Source: an uncultured Veillonella sp. | GTDB lineage: Bacteria > Bacillota > Negativicutes > Veillonellales > Veillonellaceae | Assembly (NCBI RefSeq): GCF_900538355.1 | Contig: NZ_UPXS01000003.1 | Strand: one strand, 5' to 3' | DNA length: 64,000 bases | Part shown: positions 19,062-30,019 of the stretch, one piece after another | How positions within the stretch are numbered: position 1 is the first letter of the stretch | Layout: each line of letters starts with the position of its first letter | The notes under the pieces: generated by a model | Databases searched by the model: none | The model's input: only the letters and a program-made list of their open reading frames with translations | What the model was told of the DNA's origin: nothing | Made by a program: the position numbers and the translations under genes

Positions 19062-21131
19062 ATGGAACAATTCCAAATGGACCTAGCTGGTCGTACGCTT
19101 ACGATTGAGACTGGGGAACTTGCAAAACAAGCTGGCGGTGCCGTAATGGTTGGTTATGGCGATACTCGTGTACTCGTTACCGCTACAGGTTCTAAAGAGG
19201 CGAAGGATATCGATTTCTTCCCACTTACAGTAGACTATGAAGAAAAAATGTACGCTGTTGGTCGTTTACCAGGTGGCTTTATTAAACGTGAAGCACGTCC
19301 ACCTGAATCTGCGATTTTGAATAGCCGTTTGATTGACCGTCCTATTCGTCCATTATTCGATAAAGGTGTACGTAATGAAGTACACGTAGTAGCAACAGTT
19401 ATGTCCGTAGATCAAGATTGTGATCCTGCAATCTGTGGTATGATTGGTGCATCTGCAGCATTGTCTATTTCTGATATTCCTTGGAATGGTCCTATCGCAG
19501 GCGTTCGCATGGGCCGTATCAATGGTGAATTTGTTGTTAATCCAACAAAAGAACAATTGGAAGCAACAGACCTTAATATCGTTGTAGCTGGTACAAAAGA
19601 TGCTATCCTCATGGTTGAAGGTGGTGCTCAAGAGGTTCCAGAAGAAACTATTCTTGAAGTTATCATGGCAGCTCATGAAGAAATCAAAAAAATCGTAGCT
19701 TTCCAAGAAGATATGAAAGCTAAAGTAGGCAAGGAAAAACGCGTATTTGAAAGCAAAGACGTACCTGCTGAAATCGCTGATGCAGTTCGTGCCTATGGTC
19801 ATGATAAACTTGATGCAGCAGTTCGTTGTGCAGATAAACAACAACGTGATGCACAAGAAAGCGAAGTGCGTGCAGATGTATTAGCTCACTTTGAAGAAAT
19901 CTATCCAGATAACTTAGCTGATGTAAATAAAGCATTTGACGCAATGACAAAAGAAATCGTGCGTCATATGATTACTGTTGAAAAAATTCGTCCAGACGGT
20001 CGTAAACTTGATGAAGTACGTCCTATCTCTTGCCGTACAGGTGTATTACCTCGTACACATGGTTCTGGCTTATTTACTCGTGGTCAAACTCAAGTATTGA
20101 ACGTTGCTACTGTAGCTCCATTGTCTGAAACTCAAACAATTGATGGCATTGGTTTAGAAACAGAAAAACGTTATATTCACCACTATAATTTCCCATCCTT
20201 CTCCGTAGGTGAAACACGTTCTTCTCGCGGTCCTGGTCGTCGTGAAATTGGTCATGGTGCATTGGCTGAACGTGCATTGGTACCTGTAATTCCTAGTGAA
20301 GAAGAATTCCCATATGCATTGCGGTTAGTATCCGAAGTATTGGAATCTAATGGTTCTAGCTCCATGGCATCTGTATGTGGTTCCACATTATCTTTGATGG
20401 ATGCTGGTGTACCTATTAAAGCTCCTGTAGCTGGTATTGCAATGGGGCTTGTAACTCAAGGCGAACACTACACAATCTTAACAGATATCCAAGGTATGGA
20501 AGATGCTCTTGGCGATATGGACTTCAAGGTTGCTGGTACAGCTAAGGGTGTAACTGCTATTCAAATGGATATCAAGATTTCCGGCTTGTCCCGTGAAATC
20601 CTTCATGAAGCATTAGAACAAGCTCATAAAGGCCGTATGCATATTATGGGTATCATGCTTGATACAATTGCTGAACCACGTCAACAAATGTCTCAATACG
20701 CTCCACGTATCATTACAATGAAAATTGATCCAGATAAGATTCGCGATGTAATCGGTTCTGGCGGTAAAGTAATTCGTGGTATCATCGATGAAACAGGTGC
20801 AAAAATTGACATCGAAGATGATGGCACAGTATTCATTGCTTCTGTAGACCAAGAAGGTGCTGCTAAAGCTCAACAAATCATTGAAAACCTTACTAAAGAG
20901 GTTGAAGTAGGGGAAGTATACCTTGGTAAAGTAACTCGTTTGATGGCATTTGGTGCTTTCGTAGAGGTATTACCAGGTAAAGAAGGTCTTGTACACATTT
21001 CCAAGCTTGCAAAAGAACGCGTTGAAAATGTAGAAGATGTAGTAAATGTTGGTGATGAGATTATGGTAAAAGTTATCGAAATCGATAAACAAGGCCGTAT
21101 CAACTTGTCCCGTAAGGATTGTTTAAAATAA
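19062..21131 (+). CDS. pnp: polynucleotide phosphorylase
   Basis: 689 aa with two RNase PH domains plus KH and S1 domains. [22 protein letters not shown] and the C-terminal [15 protein letters not shown]1 motif. Confidence 0.95.
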   Translation: MEQFQMDLAGRTLTIETGELAKQAGGAVMVGYGDTRVLVTATGSKEAKDIDFFPLTVDYEEKMYAVGRLPGGFIKREARPPESAILNSRLIDRPIRPLFDKGVRNEVHVVATVMSVDQDCDPAICGMIGASAALSISDIPWNGPIAGVRMGRINGEFVVNPTKEQLEATDLNIVVAGTKDAILMVEGGAQEVPEETILEVIMAAHEEIKKIVAFQEDMKAKVGKEKRVFESKDVPAEIADAVRAYGHDKLDAAVRCADKQQRDAQESEVRADVLAHFEEIYPDNLADVNKAFDAMTKEIVRHMITVEKIRPDGRKLDEVRPISCRTGVLPRTHGSGLFTRGQTQVLNVATVAPLSETQTIDGIGLETEKRYIHHYNFPSFSVGETRSSRGPGRREIGHGALAERALVPVIPSEEEFPYALRLVSEVLESNGSSSMASVCGSTLSLMDAGVPIKAPVAGIAMGLVTQGEHYTILTDIQGMEDALGDMDFKVAGTAKGVTAIQMDIKISGLSREILHEALEQAHKGRMHIMGIMLDTIAEPRQQMSQYAPRIITMKIDPDKIRDVIGSGGKVIRGIIDETGAKIDIEDDGTVFIASVDQEGAAKAQQIIENLTKEVEVGEVYLGKVTRLMAFGAFVEVLPGKEGLVHISKLAKERVENVEDVVNVGDEIMVKVIEIDKQGRINLSRKDCLK

Positions 21132-21141
21132 GAGGTGTTAC

Positions 21142-21591
21142 ATGGATATTCGTGGCTTTGAAGTAGTTTCTGCTTTTGAAGAACAAGATATCAATTTACC
21201 AACCCGTAAAACAACAGAAAGCGCAGGCTACGATATTGAATGCGCTGAAACTGTTACATTAGAACCAGGTCAAGTAGTACTTGTGCCAACCGGCCTTAAA
21301 GCCTTCATGGCGTACGACGAATACCTTGCTATTCACATCCGTTCTAGCATGGCTATTAAGCGTCATCTAGCACTTGTGAACAGTACAGGTATCATCGATA
21401 GCGATTACTACAATAACGAGGACAACGAAGGTCATATTATGATCGCCCTCTATAACTTTGGCAAAGAAAACGTTACCCTTGAAAAAGGCGAACGCGTTGC
21501 GCAAGGCATTTTCTCTAAATACCTACTCACTAATGATGACGATGCAACAGGCGTCCGTACAGGTGGTATCGGTAGCACTGGTACAATGTAA
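21142..21591 (+). CDS. dut: dUTP diphosphatase
   Basis: 149 aa. dUTPase motifs AGYDI, RSS...ALVNSTGIIDSDY and GGIGSTG at the C-terminus. Confidence 0.85.
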   Translation: MDIRGFEVVSAFEEQDINLPTRKTTESAGYDIECAETVTLEPGQVVLVPTGLKAFMAYDEYLAIHIRSSMAIKRHLALVNSTGIIDSDYYNNEDNEGHIMIALYNFGKENVTLEKGERVAQGIFSKYLLTNDDDATGVRTGGIGSTGTM

Positions 21592-21621
21592 ACTACATAC
21601 AATTCTGAATAGAATGGTGAA

Positions 21622-21651
21622 AGCCGCTCAACTGACGTTGGGCGGCTTTTT
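21622..21651 (+). terminator. rho-independent terminator after dut
   Basis: agccgctcaac tgac gttgggcggct followed by ttttt. Confidence 0.8.
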
Positions 21652-21737
21652 ATAATTATCTTGTATTAAGTTATGAATTATATATATTTATTTCTCTGTG
21701 TGGTATCATAATAGTTATAAACATTAAGGAGGCTATT

Positions 21738-22271
21738 ATGGCAATTAGCAAAGAAATACAAAAATCAAGCGAAATGAAGTTTGATGGTAAACTAATTAAA
21801 GTTACTTATGATATAGCTGATGTAAATGGTAATGAAGCGTGGCGTGAGGTGGTTCATCATCCTGGTGCTACAGCTATTGTGGTTGTTACTGAAGATAATA
21901 AGATTGTAATGGAGCGTCAGTTCCGTTATGCTTTGCAACAGCCTTTGCTTGAAATTCCAGCAGGTAAATTAGATCCTAATGAAGAGCCTCTTAACTGTGC
22001 GAAACGTGAGTTAGCAGAGGAGACAGGGTATCGTGCCAATCAATGGATTCAATTGGGCACAATTGCAACAAGTCCTGGTTTCTGTAACGAAGTATTACAT
22101 TTATACTTAGCTAAAGATCTTACTATGGGTGAAACTAATTGGGATCCAGATGAATATGTGGAACTTGAATACTTTACTTTATCTGAATTATTAGAGGCTA
22201 TCAAGGCTGAGCAAATTAAGGATAGCAAATCTTTGGCAGCGCTTATGCTTGCAATGCCATACCTCAAATAA
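21738..22271 (+). CDS. NUDIX hydrolase (ADP-ribose pyrophosphatase-like)
   Basis: Nudix box GKLDPNEEPLNCAKRELAEETGY. 177 aa. Confidence 0.8.
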   Translation: MAISKEIQKSSEMKFDGKLIKVTYDIADVNGNEAWREVVHHPGATAIVVVTEDNKIVMERQFRYALQQPLLEIPAGKLDPNEEPLNCAKRELAEETGYRANQWIQLGTIATSPGFCNEVLHLYLAKDLTMGETNWDPDEYVELEYFTLSELLEAIKAEQIKDSKSLAALMLAMPYLK

Positions 22272-22292
22272 TAGTACGTAATAGGAGGATAT

Positions 22293-23465
22293 ATGTTTAA
22301 ACGAATTATCCTATTAGTTATGGACTCTGTAGGTATCGGCCACGCTGATGATGCTGCAAAGTTTGGTGATGAAGGTTCTAATACATTAGGGCATATTGAA
22401 TCAACAACAGGTCATATCCATTGTCCTAATTTAAAATCTATCGGTTTAGGTCGCATTGCTGATATTTCTGATACTGGTGAAAGCATTAACGGTGCTTTTG
22501 GCCGTATGGCAGAGCTCAGTACCGGTAAAGATACGACTAGTGGTCATTGGGAAATGATGGGTCATCCTGTTACCGTTCCATTCCCAACCTTTTACGAAGG
22601 TTTTCCAAAAGAATTAATGGATACTTTTACAAAGGAAACAGGCTATGGTTATTTAGGTAATGAAGTTGCATCTGGTACAGAAATTATTGAACGTCTTGGT
22701 GCGGAGCATATTAAGACGGGAAAACCTATTGTATATACCTCGGCAGACTCTGTATTTCAAATTGCGGCACATGAGGATGTGATTCCTTTAGATGAGCTAT
22801 ATCGTATATGCCAAATTACTCGTGATAAGGTTTGCGTTGGAGATTACTATGTAGGCCGTATTATAGCACGTCCATTTGTAGGTGAACTTGGTAGTTTTGT
22901 ACGCACATCTAACCGTCATGATTATAGTCGCATGCCTGAGAAAAAGATGGTACAACAAGAGTTACAAGATGCTAGTGTGCCAACGGTAGCAGTCGGTAAA
23001 ATTGGAGATATCTATGCCCATGTTGGTTGGGATGAAAGCTATCCTACCAAATCTAATGCTCATGGCATGAATATGGTTCCATATCTATTAGGCTCTACAT
23101 TTGATTACGGTCTAATGATGGTAAACCTTGTTGAATTTGATAGCCTTTACGGTCATCGTAGAAATGTAGAAGGTTATAAACGAGCTATTGAAGACTTTGA
23201 TTACCAACTTGGTGGGCTATTACCAATGCTCAATGATGACGATTTATTGCTTATCACCGCTGACCATGGTAATGATCCAACATGGAAGGGAACAGATCAT
23301 ACCCGTGAATTAGTACCTATTCTTGGATATAGTCCTCGAATAAATGGGCCTATAGACCTAGGCGATAGAAAAAGCTTTGCAGACATTGGTGAAACCATTT
23401 TAGAAAACTTTGGACTAAAACAATGGGGTATTGGCACATCGTTTTTGGAGAAACTTAGTAAATAA
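22293..23465 (+). CDS. deoB: phosphopentomutase
   Basis: 390 aa. MDSVGIG N-terminus and ADHGNDPT metal-binding motifs of alkaline-phosphatase-superfamily DeoB. Confidence 0.9.
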   Translation: MFKRIILLVMDSVGIGHADDAAKFGDEGSNTLGHIESTTGHIHCPNLKSIGLGRIADISDTGESINGAFGRMAELSTGKDTTSGHWEMMGHPVTVPFPTFYEGFPKELMDTFTKETGYGYLGNEVASGTEIIERLGAEHIKTGKPIVYTSADSVFQIAAHEDVIPLDELYRICQITRDKVCVGDYYVGRIIARPFVGELGSFVRTSNRHDYSRMPEKKMVQQELQDASVPTVAVGKIGDIYAHVGWDESYPTKSNAHGMNMVPYLLGSTFDYGLMMVNLVEFDSLYGHRRNVEGYKRAIEDFDYQLGGLLPMLNDDDLLLITADHGNDPTWKGTDHTRELVPILGYSPRINGPIDLGDRKSFADIGETILENFGLKQWGIGTSFLEKLSK

Positions 23466-23570
23466 TTTTCTCATATGTTTTTTGTATATTTAGGTTTAGA
23501 ATACTAGATTACGATCTATATACAAAAATAACATAATTTCAAAATAACAATGATAATATGCTATATATGA

Positions 23571-23614
23571 AGATACTACCAGTTAAAAATATTTATTTTT
23601 AACTGGTAGTATCT
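23571..23614. repeat. perfect 19-bp inverted repeat (AT-rich hairpin) between convergent deoB and the pnkp-like gene
   Basis: agatactaccagttaaaaa-tattta-tttttaactggtagtatct. Confidence 0.7.
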
Positions 23615-23640
23615 TTAAAATAGGTAGTTACCTCATAAAG

Positions 23641-23682
23641 AACGACCAACTTATGTATATCATAGGTTGGTCGTTTTTTTAC
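23641..23682 (+). terminator. hairpin with U-tract (likely deoB terminator, possibly bidirectional)
   Basis: aacgaccaac...gttggtcgtt followed by ttttttt. Confidence 0.6.
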
Positions 23683-23708
23683 TTTATAGAATTATATTTC
23701 TTATTTAA

Positions 23709-25913
23709 TTATAGCAAGCCTTTACTTTCCATCATTTCTTTAATATTTAGTAAAGTAGATTTACAAACTACATCATATTCTAGTGTACTTAAGAAATCTG
23801 CAAATTTTCTATCATCTTCATTTTTACAGTTTTCATAAGGTATCTTACCATTTTGTTGATATGGTTCTAGAATCCGATTTCGTCGGTGCTTCCACGCATT
23901 GTAATAAGGACCTTTAAATTTTGTCATAAAGCCATTGCTATCGACTAATACAAAGCCTTCAGACTCATGGTATGATTTAAGTTCTTCGTTAATGATATTC
24001 TCTAGTTCATCCATAGTATTAACTTGTTTAATTGTTTTTACGATAGATATTAATTGAGTGTCATACTTTTTAAGGATGGAATCTAGTTCTGCTAACTTTT
24101 CTCTAGAGAAAGATACATCAATATGCTTGCCATTTACATCTAACGTATTTTGAATCATATCAAGCACATACAGATGATCTTGGTCATACTTAATTATATG
24201 AGTATCCTCTTGGCTGATAACTTCAAACATCATAGAGCAGTTATTACACTGTAATAGTTCTTTTATTTCTTCTTGTAAGGTTTCAGGTAATTTTTGGAAT
24301 AAATCTTTAAATAAATCTACATGCATACCTTCTGTAGTAGATTTAGAAGCAAAAACTAGTTCATCTTTGATAACACCAAGGATAGCAAGGTATCCATTTT
24401 CTTTAGTTCGAATTTCAACAGGGAAGGAAAGTGTGTTAGCCAAATTATTTAACTCTGTTTCTGGACGTTCGTTGAGATTAAAGAATTTATTATAACTACG
24501 TAATTTCACATCTCCTGTTAAGCGATCTACAAATAATCCTCGCGCTTGTACGGTACTTTCGTTCCATAGTCGTTTATGGAATACACGAGAGGTAAAATTC
24601 AAGGAGTATAGGTTAGGGGAGCATTTTTTTACTTTTACTAATTTAGAATTACCTAAAATATTAATATCTTCATTTTGTGTGAAGATAACATGTTGTGTCA
24701 TATTTTGATATTCATGGCGCATGTAATCTTTATCGTACACATCGTTTTTTATTCCATGTTTAGTGAAAGAATCTGCAGTGATATCAATATATTTAAGCTC
24801 GCCACCAAATTCAACTTCGCCTTCTAAACAGAAGGAGTACTTACCATCGGGAACACCGCGGTGACCATGAATTTGAATAAAGTCCTGACACAATCCTTTT
24901 TCGTAATTAGTATCATATATTTTAGCAATATCTGTTTCGTAAGCTCCGAACCCATTAATAAAGGTAGACGTAGCTATAAAGGTCATGTTAGGTACATAGG
25001 AGAGACCACCATGGGAAACTAAATATTTTTTGCCATGAAAAATGAAAGGGTAGCATTCACGAAGTGATTTATAAAAGAGGCGTAACTCTCGTTGAAGAGA
25101 TTCTACTTCTTTTTTCGTCATATCTTTAACAATAGGTGCTACAACTTCTTTCATAAATCGTTTTGAACGATCTAAATTTGTATTGAAAGCAAAGTTTGTG
25201 ATATGTCGTTCGTGATTACCTTCTAACATAATCGTATTAGGCAATGTACTAAGACGCATCATTTCGTACATCATTTCTTTATTTTCAATACCGCGTTCCA
25301 AATAGTCACCACAAAAGATGTAAAGTGTTTTTTCATCCCAAGGTAAGATAGCTTGTTGTAATGCCGTGTAACAACCGTGAATATCACCAATGATACGCAC
25401 TCGTTCATATCGATTCGTCAAATCTACGGTAAAGTAATTGTTGATTTCATCGATAGAATTGATTTTTCTACAAAACTTTGGTAATGGTGTTGTCTTAATC
25501 ACCTTGTGCATACGGTGAATGACTTGCTCTGGTACGCGTTTGTAATCTGTACGTCCTGCATTACGAGCCAAGCATTCCTCTAAAGATGTATCTGGTTCGT
25601 AGTAATATACAGTATATTTATATTTGTTAAGCAAATCTTTATATGCATTAACAGCTTTAGATGTAGTGTGGGTAGCATCTAAAACGACAAAGTCGCCATT
25701 GCTCATTCGTTTTTCTAAGCAATCTAGGAGGAGCTCCCAAGCCGGACCATTATCCTCTTGTGAAATATACCAGCCGTTTTCACCAAGGGAAGGGCTGCGT
25801 AATAGCATACGGAAATGATCGGCTTCTAAGGTGTAAGCCTCAAGATTGTTGTCACGAATCCACTGAGACTTACCACTAGCAGGAGCACCACGCATTAATA
25901 ATAGTGTTCTCAT
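23709..25913 (-). CDS. polynucleotide 5'-kinase / 2',3'-phosphoesterase / RNA-ligase-like three-domain protein (bacterial Pnkp-like RNA repair enzyme)
   Basis: 734 aa. N-terminal P-loop GAPASGKS (polynucleotide-kinase-type). Central calcineurin/lambda-phosphatase motifs GDIHGC, GDYLERG, GNHE. C-terminal covalent nucleotidyltransferase motifs: motif I KENGY, motif IV EGFVLV, motif V MTKFKGPY. It has its own AGAGGA RBS, is monocistronic and convergent with deoB. The rpsT terminator separates it from the upstream gene. Confidence 0.75.
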   Translation of the reverse strand: MRTLLLMRGAPASGKSQWIRDNNLEAYTLEADHFRMLLRSPSLGENGWYISQEDNGPAWELLLDCLEKRMSNGDFVVLDATHTTSKAVNAYKDLLNKYKYTVYYYEPDTSLEECLARNAGRTDYKRVPEQVIHRMHKVIKTTPLPKFCRKINSIDEINNYFTVDLTNRYERVRIIGDIHGCYTALQQAILPWDEKTLYIFCGDYLERGIENKEMMYEMMRLSTLPNTIMLEGNHERHITNFAFNTNLDRSKRFMKEVVAPIVKDMTKKEVESLQRELRLFYKSLRECYPFIFHGKKYLVSHGGLSYVPNMTFIATSTFINGFGAYETDIAKIYDTNYEKGLCQDFIQIHGHRGVPDGKYSFCLEGEVEFGGELKYIDITADSFTKHGIKNDVYDKDYMRHEYQNMTQHVIFTQNEDINILGNSKLVKVKKCSPNLYSLNFTSRVFHKRLWNESTVQARGLFVDRLTGDVKLRSYNKFFNLNERPETELNNLANTLSFPVEIRTKENGYLAILGVIKDELVFASKSTTEGMHVDLFKDLFQKLPETLQEEIKELLQCNNCSMMFEVISQEDTHIIKYDQDHLYVLDMIQNTLDVNGKHIDVSFSREKLAELDSILKKYDTQLISIVKTIKQVNTMDELENIINEELKSYHESEGFVLVDSNGFMTKFKGPYYNAWKHRRNRILEPYQQNGKIPYENCKNEDDRKFADFLSTLEYDVVCKSTLLNIKEMMESKGLL

Positions 25914-26004
25914 AGTAATAGTCCTCTAATCTGCCCATAGGGCGTAATAAAATATAACTGTATAAAAAACGAAAAGATCATTATTGAAAAAAAGGAAAAA
26001 GGAC

Positions 26005-26041
26005 ATAAAAAAACAGTCTCAACGGATATCCGAGAGACTGT
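26005..26041 (-). terminator. rpsT terminator (minus strand)
   Basis: Hairpin cagtctc...gagactg. On the minus strand it is followed by a U-tract (the A-run 26005-26013 on the + strand). Confidence 0.7.
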
Positions 26042-26058
26042 CTTACTTGCTTTTAAAA

Positions 26059-26319
26059 TTATAAAGCGTTTACTTTAGCTGCAAGATTGGATTTTTTGCG
26101 AGCTGCAGTGTTTTTATGAAGTACACCTTTGGAGGCTGCTTTATCAATTACGCTAGTAGCATGAACAAGTGCTTGTTTTGCTTCTTCTACTGCGCCTGCT
26201 TGAACAGCTTCTACGGTTTTACGACTTGCTGTACGGATTTGAGATTTTACAGCGGCGTTTTTCGCACGACGTTCAGCATCCGTTTTTACGCTTCTAATAC
26301 TGGATTTAATGTTTGGCAA
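26059..26319 (-). CDS. rpsT: 30S ribosomal protein S20
   Basis: PNIKSSIRSVKTDAERRAKN is the S20 N-terminus. Start TTG 26319 lies 8 nt after AAGGAGG; the ORF-track GTG 26328 overlaps the SD and is unlikely. Confidence 0.88.
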   Translation of the reverse strand: MPNIKSSIRSVKTDAERRAKNAAVKSQIRTASRKTVEAVQAGAVEEAKQALVHATSVIDKAASKGVLHKNTAARKKSNLAAKVNAL

Positions 26320-26592
26320 TTGAGTCACCTCCTTAAAAATCGTTTCTTATACCTGAATGATTATATCATACCACATATTGATACGCAAGGACTTTTCAGC
26401 CCAATATTTTCCTTATTAGTATGAAGTATAAAACATTTTCTACTGTTTATTAACTATACCATATAAGCGTATTTTATGAAATCAAAATTATTAATATATT
26501 TGATAGTGTTGTGATAAGTTAATTATTTTGATTTTAAAAGTTAGTTAGCTCCCTTATGTTATAATAAAGGATAGAATTAAGTGAGGTGTCTT

Positions 26593-29214
26593 ATGAAAAA
26601 ATTAATGATTATAGATGGCAGTAGTTTGTTATTCCGTGCATTCTTTGCATTACCACCGTTGAAGTCCGCTTTAGGTACTCCAACGAATGCGGTGTATGGT
26701 TTCTTAACAATGCTCATTAAATTGTATGAAGAAATCAATCCGGATTATATTGCAGTAGCATTTGATAAAGGTCGTCAGACATTCCGTACAGAAATGTACA
26801 GTGAATATAAAGGTAATCGTCCAGATGCACCAGAGGATTTACGACCTCAATTTAGCCTTATTCAAGATGTATTAAAAGCGTTGGGCATTTGTGTTATCGA
26901 AGAAGAAGGTTTTGAAGGGGACGATATCCTCGGATCCTTAAGTAAGAAATTTGGTACACCAGAAATGGCTGTTAAAATTATTACTGGTGACCGCGATAAC
27001 CTTCAACTCGTAACAGAACATAGTCATGTATTCTTAACTAAAAAAGGCATTTCTGACATGTTAGAGGTTACTCTTGATAACATGGAGGAACTTTATGGTT
27101 ATGGTCCTGATAAGGTTATCGAAATGAAAGCTCTTATGGGGGATTCTTCCGATAATATTCCAGGTGTACCAGGTGTAGGTGAAAAAACGGCTCTTAAATT
27201 GATTACAGAATACGGTAATCTTGAATCTGTATATGACCATATTGAAGATATTTCTGGTAAGAAATTAAAAGAGCGACTCGTTGAAAATAAAGACTTAGCG
27301 TTCTTATCTCGTGAGTTAGCTACCATCAAAACGGATATGGACTTATCTTACAAGATAGAAGACTTTGTACAAAATTTCCATACCTCTGAAGTACAGCCTT
27401 TATTTGAAACTCTTGGCTTTACTAAATTAACACCTCGTATTGTACAAGTAATGGGCGGAGAGGAAGCAGCTTTTGGTGATTTTGGTTCTCTCTTTGCACC
27501 ACAAGAAGAGATTTCTTTAGACGATTTAGCTGATGTTAAGGCTCTAACCTCTGATTTCTATATAGATAAAACAGTAGCAGTACATGTTGTGCTCGATGGC
27601 AAAACTCCATTTAGAAGAATCGAGACTGCCTATCTTTCTAATGGTGATACTGTCGTTAAAACAAATGATACAAAGGCGGTTTTACCAGTATTACAAGGGG
27701 CTAAGGCCATTGTTACTACTCAAACAAAAGAACTAATAGAAGCATTAGGTGACGAGTCACCAGCTGAAATATCTTTGTTTAATAATGATAACACTGCACG
27801 TATTCATGATATGTCTCTTCTAGCATACTTGTTAGATCCTACGCGTACTAACTACGGGTATCTATATTTAACGGAACGTTTTTCTGTGCCTAGTATTGCC
27901 AGCGGTAGCGTAGATGTAGAGTGTGTATCTATGGTGAAAGCTTTACTTGCTATGAACGATGTTGCTTGTGAATCTGCTCAACGTGAAGAGTTATGGTCTT
28001 TATATGAAACTATTGAGTTGCCATTGATTCATACATTAGTAGTAATGGAGAAAAATGGTATATACATTGATACAAATAAGCTGGCTGAAACGACAGCTCG
28101 CTTTAAAGAGGAATTAGCTCAAGTACAACAAGAGATTTATGATTTGGCAGGTGAAACTTTCAACATAAACTCTCCTAAACAACTAGGTGTTATCTTATTC
28201 GAAAAGATGAACTTACCAGTTATTAAGAAGACTAAGACTGGATATTCTACAGATGCTGAAGTACTTGATATGCTTCGTAATGAAAGTCCAATCGTGGAAA
28301 AAATCTTGGCATACCGTTCTGTTGCTAAGTTAGTTTCTACTTACTTAGAAGGCTTGGCAGTTCTTATTAATGATAAGACTAAGCGTATTCACACTACCTT
28401 TAATCAAATGGTTACAGCTACAGGCCGTTTGAGTTCTTCTGATCCTAACTTACAAAATATTCCGGTTCGTACCGAAAAAGGCCGTGAAATTCGTGCCTTA
28501 TTCTATCCAGGTACAGGGTATGACACATTAGTGAGTGCCGATTATTCTCAAATTGAGTTACGTATTTTAGCGCATCTTTCTGGCGATGAAGCTTTGATTA
28601 AAGCTTTCGTTGATGGTAAGGATATTCACCGATTTACTGCGGCGGAGGTACTAGGTAAAGCCCAAGAGGATGTAACAAGCGAAGAGCGTTCTCATGCAAA
28701 GGCTATTAACTTCGGTATTATTTATGGTATTTCTGACTTTGGCTTATCTCGCGACCTTGGCATCACACGGGGTGAAGCTAAAAACTATATTGATTTATAC
28801 TTTAGCCGTTATCCTAAGGTTAAAGAGTACATGGATCGTATGGTTCAAGAGGCTCATAAAACTGGTAAGGTTCGCACTATGTTCGGCCGTCAACGCGAAC
28901 TTCCTGATATTAACAGCCGCAACTTTAACCGTCGTTCCTTTGCTGAACGTACGGCGATGAATACACCAATTCAAGGTACTGCTGCAGATATTATCAAGTT
29001 AGCAATGAACCAAGTTGAGCAAAAGCTAGAGGAAGGAAACTTCAAATCTCGACTTTTATTACAAGTACATGACGAACTTGTATTAGAAGTAGTAAATGAA
29101 GAATTAGAAGCAGTTGAAGAATTATTGCGTTCTACAATGCAATCTGTCGTAGAATTACATGTTCCTCTTATTGTAGATGTGCATCATGCTGAGAACTGGG
29201 CATTGGTAAAATAG
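26593..29214 (+). CDS. polA: DNA polymerase I
   Basis: 5'-3' exonuclease domain (MKKLMIIDGSSLLFRAFFA), a 3'-5' exo-like domain and the polymerase domain (RRSAKAINFGIIYG equivalent, VHDELVLE). Start ATG 26593 with GAGGTG RBS. Confidence 0.93.
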   Translation: MKKLMIIDGSSLLFRAFFALPPLKSALGTPTNAVYGFLTMLIKLYEEINPDYIAVAFDKGRQTFRTEMYSEYKGNRPDAPEDLRPQFSLIQDVLKALGICVIEEEGFEGDDILGSLSKKFGTPEMAVKIITGDRDNLQLVTEHSHVFLTKKGISDMLEVTLDNMEELYGYGPDKVIEMKALMGDSSDNIPGVPGVGEKTALKLITEYGNLESVYDHIEDISGKKLKERLVENKDLAFLSRELATIKTDMDLSYKIEDFVQNFHTSEVQPLFETLGFTKLTPRIVQVMGGEEAAFGDFGSLFAPQEEISLDDLADVKALTSDFYIDKTVAVHVVLDGKTPFRRIETAYLSNGDTVVKTNDTKAVLPVLQGAKAIVTTQTKELIEALGDESPAEISLFNNDNTARIHDMSLLAYLLDPTRTNYGYLYLTERFSVPSIASGSVDVECVSMVKALLAMNDVACESAQREELWSLYETIELPLIHTLVVMEKNGIYIDTNKLAETTARFKEELAQVQQEIYDLAGETFNINSPKQLGVILFEKMNLPVIKKTKTGYSTDAEVLDMLRNESPIVEKILAYRSVAKLVSTYLEGLAVLINDKTKRIHTTFNQMVTATGRLSSSDPNLQNIPVRTEKGREIRALFYPGTGYDTLVSADYSQIELRILAHLSGDEALIKAFVDGKDIHRFTAAEVLGKAQEDVTSEERSHAKAINFGIIYGISDFGLSRDLGITRGEAKNYIDLYFSRYPKVKEYMDRMVQEAHKTGKVRTMFGRQRELPDINSRNFNRRSFAERTAMNTPIQGTAADIIKLAMNQVEQKLEEGNFKSRLLLQVHDELVLEVVNEELEAVEELLRSTMQSVVELHVPLIVDVHHAENWALVK

Positions 29215-29248
29215 TTTAATTGATAGTATTACGTGTTAGAAGGTATAT

Positions 29249-29854
29249 ATGTTTAAAATAGGCTTAACTGGTGGTATTGCATCAGGCAAGAGTACAGTCC
29301 TTACCTATTTTAAGGACAAAGGAATACCCTATATCGATGCTGATATTGTAGCTCGCGAAGTAGTAGAGCCAGGGACTGAGGGCTTAAAGGCCATTGTAGA
29401 TACCTTTGGTTCTAATGTTTTACAGGATGATGGCACACTCAATCGTGAAGCGCTTGGTGCTATAGTCTTTCACAATGAAGAAAAACGACAATTATTAAAT
29501 AGCTGTCTAAAAATACATATACGCAATCGTATTATGGAATTGACATCTCAATATGAACAAGGAAATACGCCGATTTTAATCTATGATATTCCATTACTCA
29601 TCGAAGGGGAATGGTATACCATGATGGATGAGGTATGGCTCGTATATGTGAATGAAACGACTCAAATCGAACGTTTAATGAATCGTAATGGATATACGAG
29701 AGAGGATGCAATTGCTCGTATTAATAGTCAAATGCGGCTTGATGATAAACGTGCCTATGCAGATGTAATCATTGATAATAATGGTACGCCTCATGATTTG
29801 ACAGTACAGTTGAATATTATTTGGAATGAGCGTATAGAGACAGTTTTACAATAA
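29249..29854 (+). CDS. coaE: dephospho-CoA kinase
   Basis: P-loop GLTGGIASGKST. 201 aa. Confidence 0.88.
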   Translation: MFKIGLTGGIASGKSTVLTYFKDKGIPYIDADIVAREVVEPGTEGLKAIVDTFGSNVLQDDGTLNREALGAIVFHNEEKRQLLNSCLKIHIRNRIMELTSQYEQGNTPILIYDIPLLIEGEWYTMMDEVWLVYVNETTQIERLMNRNGYTREDAIARINSQMRLDDKRAYADVIIDNNGTPHDLTVQLNIIWNERIETVLQ

Positions 29855-30019
29855 ACGAAATAATTGTCTATTGTGTACTAAAATTGGTATATAAAAATAA
29901 CTATTAAATGGTATAATAAGCCCATAAAATTTAGTATAATAGTAACCTAATATTTGGTGGATTAGTATATTGTATCGATATTAAAATCGGATAAAGATTG
30001 TGTAAGGAAAGGGGGATAT

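Noticed and set aside
19353-19950. Antisense ORFs (167 aa, 76 aa) within pnp, and similar antisense ORFs within pyc, secA, obg and others
   Set aside because: They are reverse-strand shadows of highly conserved genes, with no RBS and biased composition.
23653-23838. 61-aa + strand ORF between deoB and the Pnkp-like gene
   Set aside because: It starts inside a terminator hairpin and runs antisense into the 3' end of the pnkp-like gene. No RBS.
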